The translations under genes were made by a program, and so were the position numbers. DNA of 63,999 bases, filler included, from Octopus bimaculoides (lineage: Eukaryota): the NCBI RefSeq assembly GCF_001194135.2. It is 6 parts of 6 records of this genome, joined end to end, with 100 filler letters (N's around TTAATTAATTAA, not from the genome) between each part and the next. Parts side by side here need not be neighbours in the genome. Positions count along the whole stretch, not along the records: positions 11,705 to 42,714 come from NC_068982.1; 5 more parts are not named here. One strand, written 5' to 3'. Positions 26,213-40,266 of the stretch are shown piece by piece (the stretch's first letter is position 1; the number at the start of each line of letters is the position of its first letter). The notes under the pieces were generated by a model that was not told where the DNA came from, did no database searches, and saw nothing but the letters and a program-made list of their open reading frames with translations.

Positions 26213-29200
26213 CATACATGCATACATACACACATACATGTAAATACATGTACATAGATGATGACGATGTATTTCTAAGATACTTTGTTTTTTATTAGGC
26301 TAGACTGAATCTGTTATAAATTTGCTTTGAGGCAGTCAGTCTGGAGGATATGTTGATTGGTTGAAGTGAAGACATAAACACTGACCAGACACAGTGAATG
26401 AACTCAAGCTGTATGTAAAAAAAATATACCCCATATTAAAACGAGCAGTTTTCTGCATTTTCGAAAGATGTAGGAATGGATTTTGGCAATAATAAGTGCT
26501 CTTACCTGATTGGAAAACTAGGAAAAGTAACAAGTCAGTTTGGCAATATCTCTATGAATGAATGAATAGCTTGGCTATTTATCGAATATCCGGTAACGAA
26601 TGCTACAAGTACCTTGGGATGCTATAAGTACCTATGATGGTGTTTGTAACAAATAATGCATAACCAGGGAATATTACGCTAGAATAAACTAAATAAGGCA
26701 CTTGGAGTTCTGTGCGTACAATAAATCAATAGCCTAAATTTTGTTTGCTGTATCAGTACTAATATAAATATTTGCTCTACTTGGTGGATGCTATATGAGA
26801 TCTCAGCCAATGATATATAAAATACAGAAATTATTGATTGCTATCAGGATTTTCCATCTTGATGTAGACATTGAACGCCTTTACCGAAAATGACAGAGCT
26901 TAATATCGGTCAATGCTGTATTTTATCAATTTGACATTATTATTGCAGTGCAACCTTGATATACTTCTGCGTACATGAGACAAATGATATCATGAGGGTT
27001 AGGAAGGAACTCCCGGGGAAAAAAAAATATTATACGTAAATGATGATCAGGGGTACATACAAATTCAGAGGCGCTAGAACGGTCCATCTCAACGAAACCT
27101 GAGCAAAATAGTAGAAACAACAGCGAATTATCCCTCAATCATAACTTACGGTTTTTTTTTTTTAAAAAGCAAAATGATGCATTGGATAATGTAATTCTAG
27201 ATATGCTGTCAGAAAGAAAAATAAACTCAAAACACACTAACAAAAAGATAGACAACAAACGTGGCTATTATTTTGGCTGAAATGCCTCTGATCATAGATC
27301 CGTCTCTCACTAAGAGCTTGCTTGAAATGAGATAACAATAACGACGACGACGGCGGCGGCGGCGACAGTCAGTTTCATGAGTGTCAATCTAGTTTGCCTT
27401 TACAGGCCGGGATGGAGCATGCACTTGATATCGTGGGCCGGATAGAGACAATTGCTCCCCACTCCTCAATATAAAACAAACAAAAACAAACCAAACCATA
27501 TTCATAAGGTAAGCTAAAGTAGATGGATAAAGAGATCACTATGTATTATAACAGCCATGTTATCAATATTGAATGAAAAGATATTAGTAAAGTTTGTGTG
27601 CAGAGATGTGTTGGAAGACTCCATTCACATGCTATATATGTAGTTCTATAACGTAAGAGTTCTTAGAGAGAGAATTGAGATAGAAATTGTCCAAATGAAT
27701 GCGAACACTTCTTGAGAAAAGCAATGTTTGATAGAAAGCTAGCGATGACAGAAAGCTAACGAACTGCAAGACCTTTCGATATCGTCCATATCAATAGAAT
27801 CCATTCAGACGAAAAAAAAAAAAGAAAAAAAAAAGAAAGAAAAAAGAAAAATGAAATCCTCAAATGATAGCCGTCTTACATGTGACAGCAATCTACTTAC
27901 AATAACCACCACTACTTTGCTCAGCAATGTTCAATATTGCAGAAAATATAAATACTCACTTTGCATTTACTTAGTCGTGTGACTTTCTAATATGAATATG
28001 TAATTATTCTTTGATGACTCAGACTTTTCCATTTTGCGCTCGGAAGGTAGCATACCATCATCTGAGCCGCGTTTAGGTGGTGGTATGTTGAACGATGTAA
28101 GCAAAAGAATCTTAATGAATTAAAATATACGTTTTTGTTGAAGAAGGAAGACAAAAGCCTAGTGGCAATTGCTTGCGAATCTCAAGAGGAGATAATTTAA
28201 AGAAAGTAAGACTTCATTTCACAGAAAATTTATGTATAATGCGAACATCGGATCTTTGTCAGCAGCAAGGTGATAACTATAGGTATATTTCAGTATTATT
28301 AGGCTTCATTAGAGAAGCAAAGCCTTTTTACGATTATTTTAATCCATAGACAGAAATTTTAAGGCTTAGAAAATGATTTACGAAAATTTTGACCAGTTAT
28401 TTTGTATAATAATAATAAAAAAATAAGTAAGGGGAATAACTTATATAAGATAATGACATAATTTAGAGTTAATTGAGAGTTAATTTAGACTTAATTTAAG
28501 TAGGTTGTAATAAGCTGATTGTTCGCAGGGAAGTGCAATGTGTCTCTCAGTTGGGGAAAGAAATTAAAAAACTAAGGGCAATTTTTTGTAGCTCTCAAAG
28601 AAATGGGGTAATAATTTCATGAAATTAGGAAAAAAATCGACAGAAAATTAAAATTTCATGCTGAGGAGGGAAATATAATCTTTATTAGCAGACAAGGTTT
28701 TTATTTTATGGAACATCGTCAGCGAAACATAGCGGTTCCACGGCTGTTTTGATCAGCAGACAGGTTTTTTTCCAAGTGGGAAAAGTAATAAAGAGATTTC
28801 TGTCCAGAATAATTTGCATAATTATAAAAAGTGAGCTAAGGGAAATAGCTAAAGTGGGACAATAGTATGGATTGAAGAAAACACTTGTATAAGGTAGGGT
28901 ACTGTGCCGTGCTATCGAAATTGGAATCATGCAACTGTGAAGCAAACTTCTTACAGAAACGTAAAACACGCATTCTCTCACACACCCGTACGCGCACTTA
29001 GACGCACATGCACATATGATCACCTTTGTCTGTCTGTCTGTCTGTCTGTATGTATGTATGGCGCAAATCAGTCAATGTTGACTGTGTTTCAGTTAAAGCT
29101 CTATCTATCTATCTAGCTATCTATCTAGCTATCTATCTGTCGTGTGTGAGTGTGCATGTGTGCTTTTATCTATTAAAACGGGGCCTGTTAAATCGAAGGT

Positions 29201-29441
29201 TTGCAATATGTATATGTTGGCGTCATTAGAATTTAGAAGCTTCAAGAACGTGAAATAATTCTTTTTAGATACGGTGAATTTAGAAGCAAATAAAAGCTGT
29301 AAATAATGTGTGTAAATATTGGGTGAAAAACAATTTTGATAAAAAAAGTCTAAGGCTTCCTTTGGGACGTGAACCCACATCTGGGCAGCTTCCAACATTT
29401 TCTATCCAATATATACACGCTTTTATTTATAGCTTCACGAA

Positions 29442-29620
29442 GGCGGTGAGCTCGCAAAACCATTAGAACACCGGGCAAAATGCTTACCGGTATTTCGTCC
29501 GCCTTTACGTTCCGAGTTCAAATTCTACCAAGGTTTGAGGTCAATCAAATAAGCACTTTTCTACTATAGGCACAAGACCTGAAATTTTGGGGGAGGGGGA
29601 CTAGTCGATTACATTGACCC
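29442..29620 (+). mobile_element. SINE family A copy, internally deleted
   Basis: GGCGGTGAGCTCGCAAAACCATTAG...TTCCGAGTTCAAATTC...TATAGGCACAAGACCTGAAATTTTGGGGGAGG. Confidence 0.75.
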
Positions 29621-29790
29621 TCCCCTCCAGTGTGAGGAAAAGAAACAGGTGATCACAACTTGGACAGCTTTTAATAGGTTATTCAGTTGGGACCAACTTG
29701 GTGCTGGGTTTTCTATGCATGGTACATAGCAGTCTTAGCAATCTTAGAGTGAAATATTTCATTTACTAAAAAATAAAATTGTTTGAATAT

Positions 29791-30174
29791 TGTTGTTGGC
29801 ACTCCGTCGCTTACGACGTCGAGGGTTCCAGTTGATCCGATCAACGGAACAGCCTGCTCGTGAAATTAACGTGCAAGTGGCTGAGCACTCCACAGACACG
29901 TGCACCCTTAACGTAGTTCTCGGGGAGATTCAGCGTGACACAGAGTGTGACAAGGCTGGCCCTTTGAAATACAGGTACAACAGAAACAGGAAGAAAGAGT
30001 GAGAGAAAGTTGTGGTGAAAGAGTACAGCAGGGTTCGCCACCCTCTTGCTGGAGCCTCGTGGAACTTTAGGTGTTTTCGCTCAATAAACACCCACAACGC
30101 CCGGTCTGGGAATCGAAACCGCGATCCTACGACTACGAGTCCACTGTCCTAAACACTGGGCAATTGCGCCTCCA
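29791..30174 (-). mobile_element. SINE family C, full length
   Basis: Minus-strand head TGGAGGCGCAATTGCCCAGTG...GGTTTCGATTCCCAGACC (A/B boxes), with a (CAA)n tail. Confidence 0.9.
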
Positions 30175-30175
30175 C

Positions 30176-30889
30176 CCGACCTGGTATTCACTGAAGAAAA
30201 GAAATTTGACATCGAGCAATCAGTAAACCACCAGATTGACCGACTTTGGAGTGTATCTGCTTCCGTCGAGAGTAGACTCGTAAATCGACTTCAAAATCCT
30301 CTGTTAGTTATGGTTTGGGCGGGTGTGACAGCCACTGGAAGGTCTCCCCTCGTTTTTGTGTACTCGGGCGTTAAAATTAACAGCGAACGATACATTAGCG
30401 ACATTCTGGAAGCTGAACTGCTTCTATAGGCGAATGAGCCCTTTCAAGGAGCACATTGGAGGCTCCAACAGGACTCGGCACAAGCCTACAGCTCCAAACA
30501 AACACAGCACTGGATTCAGAAAAACATCCCGTCGTTTATAGGCAAGGATGTATGGCTCCCATGAAACCCCAATCTCAATCCGTTGCATTTTTCTGTTTGG
30601 TCCATTTTGGAGATGAGAGTCTCGAGCACTCCTCATGCTTCGCTCGATGCTCTGAAGGCAAAACTGTGTCAGGAATAGGCTTCAATTTCGCAAGAACAGC
30701 TGCGTGGTGCGTGTGAAGCAGTCGCACTTAAGACTGTGTTTCGAAACAAGTGGTCATATCGAATAAATGTGGTAGTGTCATAACAGTGTTTCCTTTACCA
30801 TTGCATTGCAACGCTTGGACCCGAAATATGACAATATTTTGCTTTGGCAAAATTGTAAAGAAATTGGTTGCCTTAAAGTTGGGACACCC

Positions 30890-30892
<3 letters not shown>
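30176..30892 (+). mobile_element. DD37D (maT-type) Tc1/mariner transposase C-terminal half + right TIR
   Basis: LVFTEEKKFDIEQ, VMVWAGVT, QQDSAQAY...WLP*NPNLNPLHFSVW. There are 37 residues between the QQD aspartate and the NPL(D>H) position. Ends AAAGTTGGGACACCCTG. Confidence 0.88.
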
Positions 30893-30927
<35 letters not shown>

Positions 30928-30931
30928 ACTG

Positions 30932-30965
<34 letters not shown>

Positions 30966-31481
30966 CATATGATATATAATATAACAATATAATATGATAT
31001 AATATAATATTATATAATAGAATATAATATGATAGTTATTTGAACTTTTTCATCTCGTGCATTGAAGACAATTGTGTGTCTACGAATCCAGGAATTTTTA
31101 ACCCACTGGTCGCCCCTGGTTTAGTTTTACTTTTGCCGTAGTGTGTTTACTTCTTATATATATATATAAGTAATGAGTAATGACTGGAGCAATGTAGTAT
31201 TTTGCTCAAGAACACAACGCGCAGCNNNNNNNNNNNNNNNNNNNNNNNNNNNNNNNNNNNNNNNNNNNNNNNNNNNNNNNNNNNNNNNNNNNNNNNNNNN
31301 NNNNNNNNNNNNNNNNNNNNNNNNNNNNNNNNNNNNNNNNNNNNNNNNNNNNNNNNNNNNNNNNNNNNNNNNNNNNNNNNNNNNNNNNNNNNNNNNNNNN
31401 NNNNNNNNNNNNNNNNNNNNNNNNNNNNNNNNNNNNNNNNNNNNNNNNNNNNNNNNNNNNNNNNNNNNNNNNNNNNNNNNN

Positions 31482-31526
<45 letters not shown>

Positions 31527-32026
31527 CGTTCATGTGTGCTCGTGTGTGTGTGTGTGCGTGCGTGTGTGCGTGTGTGTGTGTGTGATTAGTCTGTGCCTTT
31601 GAATTACGTGTTCAAATTCATCCGGTGAGGTTCCTCAAAGTTTCCGTCTACCTAATTGCCCCTCTAAAATTCAGTGATACAGTGTCCACTCATTAATTGA
31701 AGCCCTTTTAAATAGCTGATTCACAGACCGTATATACACTGATGGGGAATTCACAAAGGAAATAACTTTTCGCCTATCCACTGGAGGCACCTGGCCGACA
31801 GCCCTCAAAACCGTTGTCTTAATCCAGTTTTGTGTTTGCTTTATACTTAATGTTTAATGTTTGTGTATGTATATACACAAACACTCATTCACACTTATAT
31901 GCATATGTATGTGTGTTTGTAAAGTAAACAGTTTCAAGATGTCAACAACGTATATTAAATGAAAAACAGATGGTATTGGATACACAAACGCACACACTGA
32001 CACACATTCATATGCACGCACACACT

Positions 32027-32086
<60 letters not shown>

Positions 32087-32441
32087 TATCTGTTTACAAA
32101 GTCAGGCACACTTATAAGTTTTCAAAGCCACACTCACATACATATACACAGATATATGTTTAGTCACTTTATTATGCTTTCATGTTTTAATGTTTGCAAG
32201 TTTGTAAGAATGATGTAAGAATGTATGTGTGATATTTTTGCTTGAATTTCTACAACAAGAAATGATCATTATTGTGCACTAATATATTCGGACTTGTGCA
32301 CTCATCTTGGTTGTTAAAGTCATAATGTTTCGGCCGTTCTACTTTCTGTAAAAGTTACCAAGTACGACAGGGCTGAAGGCCACAACAGCCGAGCTGTCGT
32401 GATTATATCAAACGAGATCAGGATATTAGTTTGAACATATA

Positions 32442-32656
32442 CGAGGGGGTGCTGAAAAGTTCCTGGCTTTGGGTAAAAGAAAATACAGGAAGATCAGTTA
32501 ATTATGATTTTATTGAACATATTCCCCTCTCAGATTCACACACACTGCAGCGATCCTTCAGTTTTTCTAAGCCCTGTAAAAGAACTCGCAAGGTTAGGCC
32601 TCAAACCAGGCCTTTCGTGATACCCTTAAACCCAGGAACTTTTCAGCACCCCCTCG
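32442..32656. mobile_element. Mariner-type MITE, 215 bp, TA target duplication
   Basis: Perfect 25-bp TIR CGAGGGGGTGCTGAAAAGTTCCTGG at both ends, flanked by TA at 32440-41 and 32657-58. Confidence 0.92.
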
Positions 32657-32689
32657 TATATCATTGATAGAGGCGGTATTAATACCGAG

Positions 32690-32954
32690 AGGTAATATTT
32701 ATCTCCACTTAAACGTGGATGTTCTTTTGAACAAGTATACTGCGGTAGATACCATAAGAGAAAATGCATTTTCGTTCTTATCACTAGCAGGGAAATGGGA
32801 AGAAGTGGGGAGTACGTGGGGGGATAGCGTGGGAGAAATAAACAAGAATGCATTTTGTACCAAAAGCCAATATGAGAGTTTCTCTCTTGGTATCTACTGC
32901 AGTATAGCTTGCTCTAACAGAACATCCACGTTTAAGTGTGCATAAATCTTACCT
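32690..32954. mobile_element. MITE-like element with about 75-bp imperfect TIRs
   Basis: AGGTAA..TTTAT..CACTTAAACGTGGATGTTCT..CAAG.TATACTGC.GTAGATACCA is mirrored at 32880-32954. Confidence 0.7.
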
Positions 32955-34884
32955 ATTAGTTTAGATATATCATCAATGCATAAAGTGTTTCGTTGTCGCC
33001 CAGCACATGTCTTTAATCGAGTGTTATGATTAAAAGGCCTTCCAACCGTGAACCAGCCTGCGATTTTTATTTTTCAGATTCAGGATCACATCTAAGGTGT
33101 CCTATATAATGTCGCTAGAGTGTTATCCGAGGAAGATTTACCTGTTATTTCTAACCGATCGATCATGTAGAGTCCCCTCATTGAAGTTTCACATCCTAAC
33201 CGCATGGCGGGCTGAAGAACAGAAGCTTGACGCACACTAGTTTTGTAGCATTCTTTATAACACTCTGAAATAAAACCTGTTCTTGTAGTTTGGATTTCGA
33301 CCTGAGTCAGCCATTACCTCATGAGCAGTATTTGTCTGGAGTAATCGTTCTCGATATTGGTAGTAAACGCTAACAGATGCAGGCTAATATATAGATGGCG
33401 AATAGAAAATCAGAAAGTAATACATGCTATCATTTTGTCATCACTTTCGTNNNNNNNNNNGACCTGAGTCAGCCATTACCTCATGAGCAGTATTTGTCTG
33501 GAGTAATCGTTCTCGATATTGGTAGTAAACGCTAACAGATGCAGGCTAATATATAGATGGCGAATAGAAAATCAGAAAGTAATACATGCTATCATTTTGT
33601 CATCACTTTCGTTTTCAACCTGGACTTTCTCCTGGACTCTGCCAGCCAGAACATTTCTTGGAGTCTTTCTGTCTGAAATTTTTCTCCCAAGTTTATAATT
33701 TTCATTGCTCGGTAAATCCCACTCATCAAGAAGTCCGGTGTATGTATAACACGACTGAACTACTGATCTCAACGATTCCCACGAGAGAGCTGAACTTGCC
33801 TTACAGTTAAAACTTTTTAATATAACATAACTACTAACTGTGTACCAGCTCAAATTTCCGTTCATGGTGAGTTAGCCTCTTCCATACACTCTCTATACTC
33901 TAATCAGGTTAGAGATTTCACGATGCTCATGTATTGCTATAGCATGTGATTAATTCATTTTGAATACATTTTTCTCTCTTAAATATGAACCCCAAAACAT
34001 ATTACAGTTGAAAGGTGAAGTTGTGGTCTTCATACAGTTTCCAAGTGACGTAAGACAGGTAAAGATAATGTAAGCAAAAAAATAAACAAACAAACAAAAA
34101 AAACAAAACTGGTAATCTCGTAGTAATTACCGAATAATACGAGTTCAATCATTTACTGATATCGTTAATCCTTTTTTTTTGTTGAGTGGTTTGGTTTCGG
34201 TAAAGAGGCTGTTATTATCACTTTCTTAGGACTTCTGAGATTAGAGAAATCAATGCATATAAGTTTTTCTTGAAATCTTCAAGTTGACAACTGTAGGCAA
34301 GAGGGTTTCAAAGTGTTGACGTCTGGAGATGAAGTGGAAATAGTGCATAGTAGATGTTCTCCGATGGGGGTTACACACAGTGTGGATGATAAGATGGCGG
34401 TGGTTTGAAGACTGGCATGTCTGAGGAGCAGAGATCCCTATAGTACTGTTAAAAACGGAGTGTAAGGAGACATATGCAGACAGCAACTGAGTGTACGGCA
34501 CGAGTTTCTACGTTGTTACGCTTCATCAATTACGAAGACCAAATCCGTTGTTCACAGTCCACTGAGAACTGCCATTTTCATATGCGAATTACCATTGTCT
34601 ATAAGGAGAGTGTTACTGCAGTGAAGGTATTTTCGTGTTCAAGTGCACACAAACGTATTAAATATAAATGTACACAACTTTATTTTTATCTGCGCTGCTT
34701 GATGGGCCGTTTATTAAATCCAGCTTGACAAGGTTTGCACATTTTATTATTTGCTGTTTACATTATGTTTAAGTGGGTTATGAAGGACAGATTCAGTGCC
34801 TGTAGCTGATGAAGCGCAAAGAAGCAGTGATACATGTCCTACAGTCTAATGGCATAATTCATTGCCCGGCTCGGTGTTTTTTCG

Positions 34885-35108
34885 CACATTTTAAAATCTT
34901 TTATTTGTTTCAGTCTTTTGACTTCGGCCATGCTCGGGCATCGCCTTGAAAGATTTAAGTCGAACAAATTGACTCCAGGATTTATTTTTAAGCCTAGTAC
35001 TTATTCAGTTTGGATTCTTTTGCCGAACAGCTAGGTTACGGGGACGTAAACGCACCAACACCGGTTGTCAAGCGGTTGTGGTGGGAACGAACAAAAAGTC
35101 ACACGCCT

Positions 35109-35151
<43 letters not shown>

Positions 35152-35325
35152 GCGCACACACACACACAGAGGGCTTTTTTTAGTTTCCGTCTACCAAATC
35201 CACTCACAAGGCTTAGGTCGGCCCGAAAGATTAGCAGAAGACACTTGCCCAAGTTGCCACGCTGTGAGACTGAACCCGGAACTATGTGGCTGGGAAGCAA
35301 GCTTCTTACCTCACACCCATGCCGA
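34885..35325 (-). mobile_element. SINE family B with internal (GCAC)n
   Basis: Reverse complement of the family B head, core (TTTCCGTCTACCAAATCCACTCACAAGGC) and tail. Confidence 0.85.
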
Positions 35326-36004
35326 GACAGCTAACCAGCAAACGTTTTTTCAGGTTCGAGTGCACAGAAACTTGTTAAATATAAATGTACCTTTGATTAA
35401 TGTGTATGTGCTGTGCTTGTGTGTATGTGTGCGTGTGTGTATACGCGGTGGTGTGTATTTGTTTGGTTTACAGGATCACCTACACATTAAATTATTGTGT
35501 GAAGAGGTTGAGTATTCCACGGACAAAAGTGATAATTTTTCGATAGAAACAGTGTAACACAAATGTGACAAGGCTGCATCCTTAAATTATTGGCACAGTC
35601 TATCAGAACGGGTTTCCACGAAGTTTCTGTCTACTCAGATTGACTCGAAAGGTGTGGGGCGAACAAAACACTTGCCCAAGATGCTATATAATGTAGTTGA
35701 ACCTTGGATCTCATGGTTCCAAAGAGGACTTCTTATCCATTGAGTCGTGTCTGTGCGCGCGCACCCTCCACACACACAGCAGACGCACATGTGCACATAT
35801 ACAAACAATATATGTGTGTGTGTGTACGTGTGTGTGTGTGCGTGCGTATGCGTGTGTGTGTGTGCATCTATGTATCGTTCTTAAACAAGAATGTTGTTGA
35901 CAGTAACTTCGAATTTTCGGCCAGTTAATAAATTTGTATTCTACAAAAGTATAAAGTAAGTAAAATCATTTTTGATTATAGCTGAACATAAAAACAAACA
36001 TTAA

Positions 36005-36059
<55 letters not shown>

Positions 36060-36558
36060 NNNNNNNNNNNNNNNNNNNNNNNNNNNNNNNNNNNNNNNNN
36101 NNNNNNNNNNNNNNNNNNNNNNNNNNNNNNNNNNNNNNNNNNNNNNNNNNNNNNNNNNNNNNNNNNNNNNNNNNNNNNATATATATATATATATATATAT
36201 ATAAATATAAATGCCTACATATACGCGCACATAGGCACACACTCGTCTATAAATATATATGTATTAAATACATGTGTATCTGTATATGTACATACATATA
36301 TATATATACACACATATTTGCACACACATACTTATATATACTCACACATGCTTGCCTGTGTCTTTATGTACAGAAAATTCATTGGCAGGCAAACTTCTGT
36401 GTATATATTTCTGTAAATCCCTTAAGACTTCAAACAGCCACCAGAGACATTTGGCACTCCACCTAATTACACGAGAATCTAGAGCCAATTGCTAATACTT
36501 AAGCATTAATACCAAACGTTCTATGACACGTCTGAGTTTCAGCATCTTGAAATCATAC

Positions 36559-36707
<149 letters not shown>

Positions 36708-36711
36708 GGAT

Positions 36712-37840
36712 GGAATATTTCCGAAGACAAAGATTGGTATTGTGCTCAAAATTGACCGGTTGGAATAAAATTCAAGCAGTTAATAATACACGGGCGATAG
36801 CATCACTTCGGCGTGGAGCTGGAATCATAAAACGGCAAAAGAAAGAACTGATGAACAGGGATACGAAGACGAGAAAAATATTGTCAGTGAACGGAGACTT
36901 CCACCCTAAGAGTGACACCGATAGCCTGTACTTGTCCAGAAGAAAGGGTGGGAAAGGGTTGATCAGTTGCTAGGATTGTATTGAAACAGAGGAAAGCAGC
37001 TTAGGGTGGTATGTAAAAAATACCGTGGAACCATTGTTGAAATATGTGAAAAAGTTCGGAGTCATTAAAACTGATAATTGTGTAAAGAAAGAAAATCTTG
37101 GAAGAAGAAAAAATGTACGGTCAGGTTGCAAGATATACGAACGCCAGGATAGATACAGGATGAGGAGGAGTGACCTGAAGATAGAGACTTCTATGTGCAG
37201 CTCAAGAACAAGCGTTAAGGACGAAGAATATTTGGTGAGATGGAACATCGTTAGCAAATGCCCGAAATTGGCACAACGCGAATAGAAAAGACTTCATGAC
37301 AATGTGGCAAGAATGATCCATTGGGAGCTCTGTGGGAATCGCGGCCTACGAAGAGCAAAGACGTGGTATGAGCAACTCCAAGAAGGAGTCACCAAGAATA
37401 AAAATTGCAAAATCCTGTGGAATGCAATGATTCAGTGCGATCACCGGACCAGACATCGGAAACCGGACATGGTTGTGGTGAATGAAAAAGAAAGAACATG
37501 CATGATAATAGACATAGCATGTACCGGTGACAGTAGGATCAAATAGAAAGAAAAAGAAAGACTGATCAACTACGACGATTTGAAGTAGGAAATACGAAGG
37601 TTGCGGTTAATGAGGGGAGTAGACGTGATACCAATAGTAATTGGCGCACTTGGAAGTATCAGTACTCTACTACCAACATGGTTAAAAATGGCTGGTACAA
37701 ATTTTTGTAGGTAGAATACCTACAAAAATCAGTATTACTTGAAACTGCAAGAATTCTTCGCAGGGTTCTTGAAGCATGACCAGTAAACAAGTGTCACCTT
37801 CATCTGCTGGCTGTGGACAGCTGACACTTTCCATCATAAT
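36712..37840 (+). mobile_element. R4/Dong LINE fragment (thumb + RLE), decayed
   Basis: EYFRRQRLVLCSKLTGWNKIQAVN...FHPKSDTDSLYLSRRKGGKGL, then CPKLAQRE*KRLHDNVARMIHWELC, KILWNAMIQCDHRTRHRKPDMVVV...IIDIAC and IPIVIGALGSI. Confidence 0.9.
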
Positions 37841-37869
37841 CAGCAAAATAAGCTGAGAGTTTTCGAGCA

Positions 37870-38933
37870 AGGTAGCACCAATAATCATGAAATATATAAT
37901 ACATTCCATGAATAAATGGCAAACAGTGCTACAACTCCAGACAAAAGAGGGACTTATAAAAACCAAAGCTATCCCCATTAGAAGAGGAATATTCCAGGGA
38001 GACACGTTCTCTCTACCCCTTTTCTGCTTGTCACTGACACCTTTATCTGACATGCTAAACAGAACTGAATGTGGATACAACTGTTATGGCAAAACAATCA
38101 ACCATCTCTTGTATATGGATGATCTAAAACTGTACGCTACAAGTGACAAACAACTGGAAACATTACTAGACATCACATGGATTTACCAAAGAAATAAACA
38201 TGAAATTTGGCTTAGAAAAATATGTCAAAGCAATCTTGAAAAGAGGAAAACTAGTAGCAACATTACACTAGATAAAGCAAATGAAATAAGAGAATTAGAC
38301 CAAAGCCAGACATACAAATACTCAAGAATCAATGAACTAGATGCGACACAACATACACAAATGAAAGAGAAGATAAAAAAGGAATACTAAAGACGAGTTA
38401 GATTAATACTCAAAACAGAGCCCAATGCGAAAAACAAGATAATAGGTATCAACATTCTAGCCATCCCAGTTATAATTTACAGCTACAATATTCTTAACTG
38501 CTCTCTAAATGAACTAATCAAAATAGACAGGAAAACAAAAAATATAATGACAGGATTTAGGATGCATCACCCAAAATCTGACGTAGAAAGGCTACATATA
38601 CAACGTATCGAAAGTGATCATAGATTTTGCTATTCTCTATGACAGCAGAGTTGTTAACAAAGAAATTGAAAAAAAAAAAATGATAAAATATCAGGATTTA
38701 GCCAGAGAGCTGAGAAGATTGTAGAAGACCAAGACAACAATTATTACACCACCCAAAATGCTACCTGAAAGGCTCAAAGAGATTGGTATTGAAACTCGCA
38801 TTCTTGACCTGCAGAAAAGTATCATCTTATATTCTGCAAGAATCCTAAGGAAAAGTTTTGAGATTTGAGGAGACTTTTTTGTCACCAAACCTCATGATAA
38901 AATACCTGCTAATTAAATTAGCATGTACAAGCA
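37870..38933 (+). mobile_element. Second R4/Dong LINE (RT core, internal deletion, RLE tail)
   Basis: IRRGIFQGDTFSLPLFCLSL and INHLLYMDDLKLYA, later HHPKSDVERLHIQR and KYQDLAREL...LQKSIILYSARILRK. Followed by (AAC)n. Confidence 0.9.
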
Positions 38934-39158
<225 letters not shown>

Positions 39159-39869
39159 AGGCGACGAACTTGGAGCATTGTTAGATCGTTAGAAAAATGC
39201 TTTGTGAAACTTTTTCCGAATCATTATGCTCTCTAGTTCAAATATCACCGAAGTCACCTTTGTCTTTCATCCTTTCTGGGTCGATAAAATGAAATACCAG
39301 TCAGGAACTGGAGTCGATACTATCGACTAATCTTTCCCAAAACTACTGGAATAAAACGTGCCAAAGCAACAGACATTGAAGAATTATACGAAAAACCAAA
39401 AACAGTTCAGATACGCACAAAACTCTATCTTTAATTACAACATACATCCCAAGAAACATAGAAAAATTCAGCGTTATCAATCAGAACATACTATTATTGA
39501 TCTCAGACCCCAAAATGAAAAAAAGGCACTTGAATCATACAAAATACTCAAATGTAAAAGGCAATCAAAGTCCCTAAAAAACTACTTACTAACGCGAAAC
39601 TACCAACAACGGACTCACCTCCAACAGTTAAAAAATGTGGCTTATCCAATTGAGGGCACAACTTATAAATTTAAATCAAGACAAGCTTTTGTTGAGGAAC
39701 CGATGAAGTGTGGATAAAGTTAAAATATATTCCTATATTTTAAAATATAATCAAATTCTAATTAATTCTGATATATTCTTTGTGCATTTTCGACTTCATT
39801 TCTTCTATTTCTTCACTTGTTTGGATTAATAACAATTTTTTTCTCTCTCTCCCTTTCTTCATCCCCCCC

Positions 39870-39901
<32 letters not shown>

Positions 39902-40226
39902 GTATGTTTTATATATAGATTTTTTAGACTTTTACATATAAATACACATATAAAAATGCATAAACATTACTCTCTATCTCTTTCTACCCCCTCTCTCTCT
40001 GTCTCTGTCTCTTATATATATATAGAATTCACCATATCGTTCACTCACTCTCTTTACCTCCGTTGTTTTATCACGTTACAGCTCTATCGTTTTTCTTTGC
40101 TCCTCTCCTCACGTTACAGCCTTATCTTTTTTCTTTGCTCGCAATGACCGTTTCTCTCACTCTTTTTTTCATCCCAGCATATATTGCCTTGTCTGCTCGC
40201 CTGATTATTCTTTCACTATCAACTCT

Positions 40227-40266
<40 letters not shown>

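Noticed and set aside
27406-27508. Segment with a good acceptor (TTTGCCTTTACAG) and donor (AG|GTAAG)
   Set aside because: Stops in all three frames. It could be a non-coding exon, but this cannot be supported without RNA data.
33299-33612. Exact 152-bp direct repeat (33299-33450 and 33461-33612)
   Set aside because: The copies are identical and separated only by a 10-N gap, typical of an unmerged contig overlap.
39358-39720. 119-aa Lys-rich ORF ending near CCGATGAAG, possibly a PLE endonuclease tail
   Set aside because: No GIY-YIG core motif is visible and there is no GAAA half of a ribozyme, so it is too weak to call.
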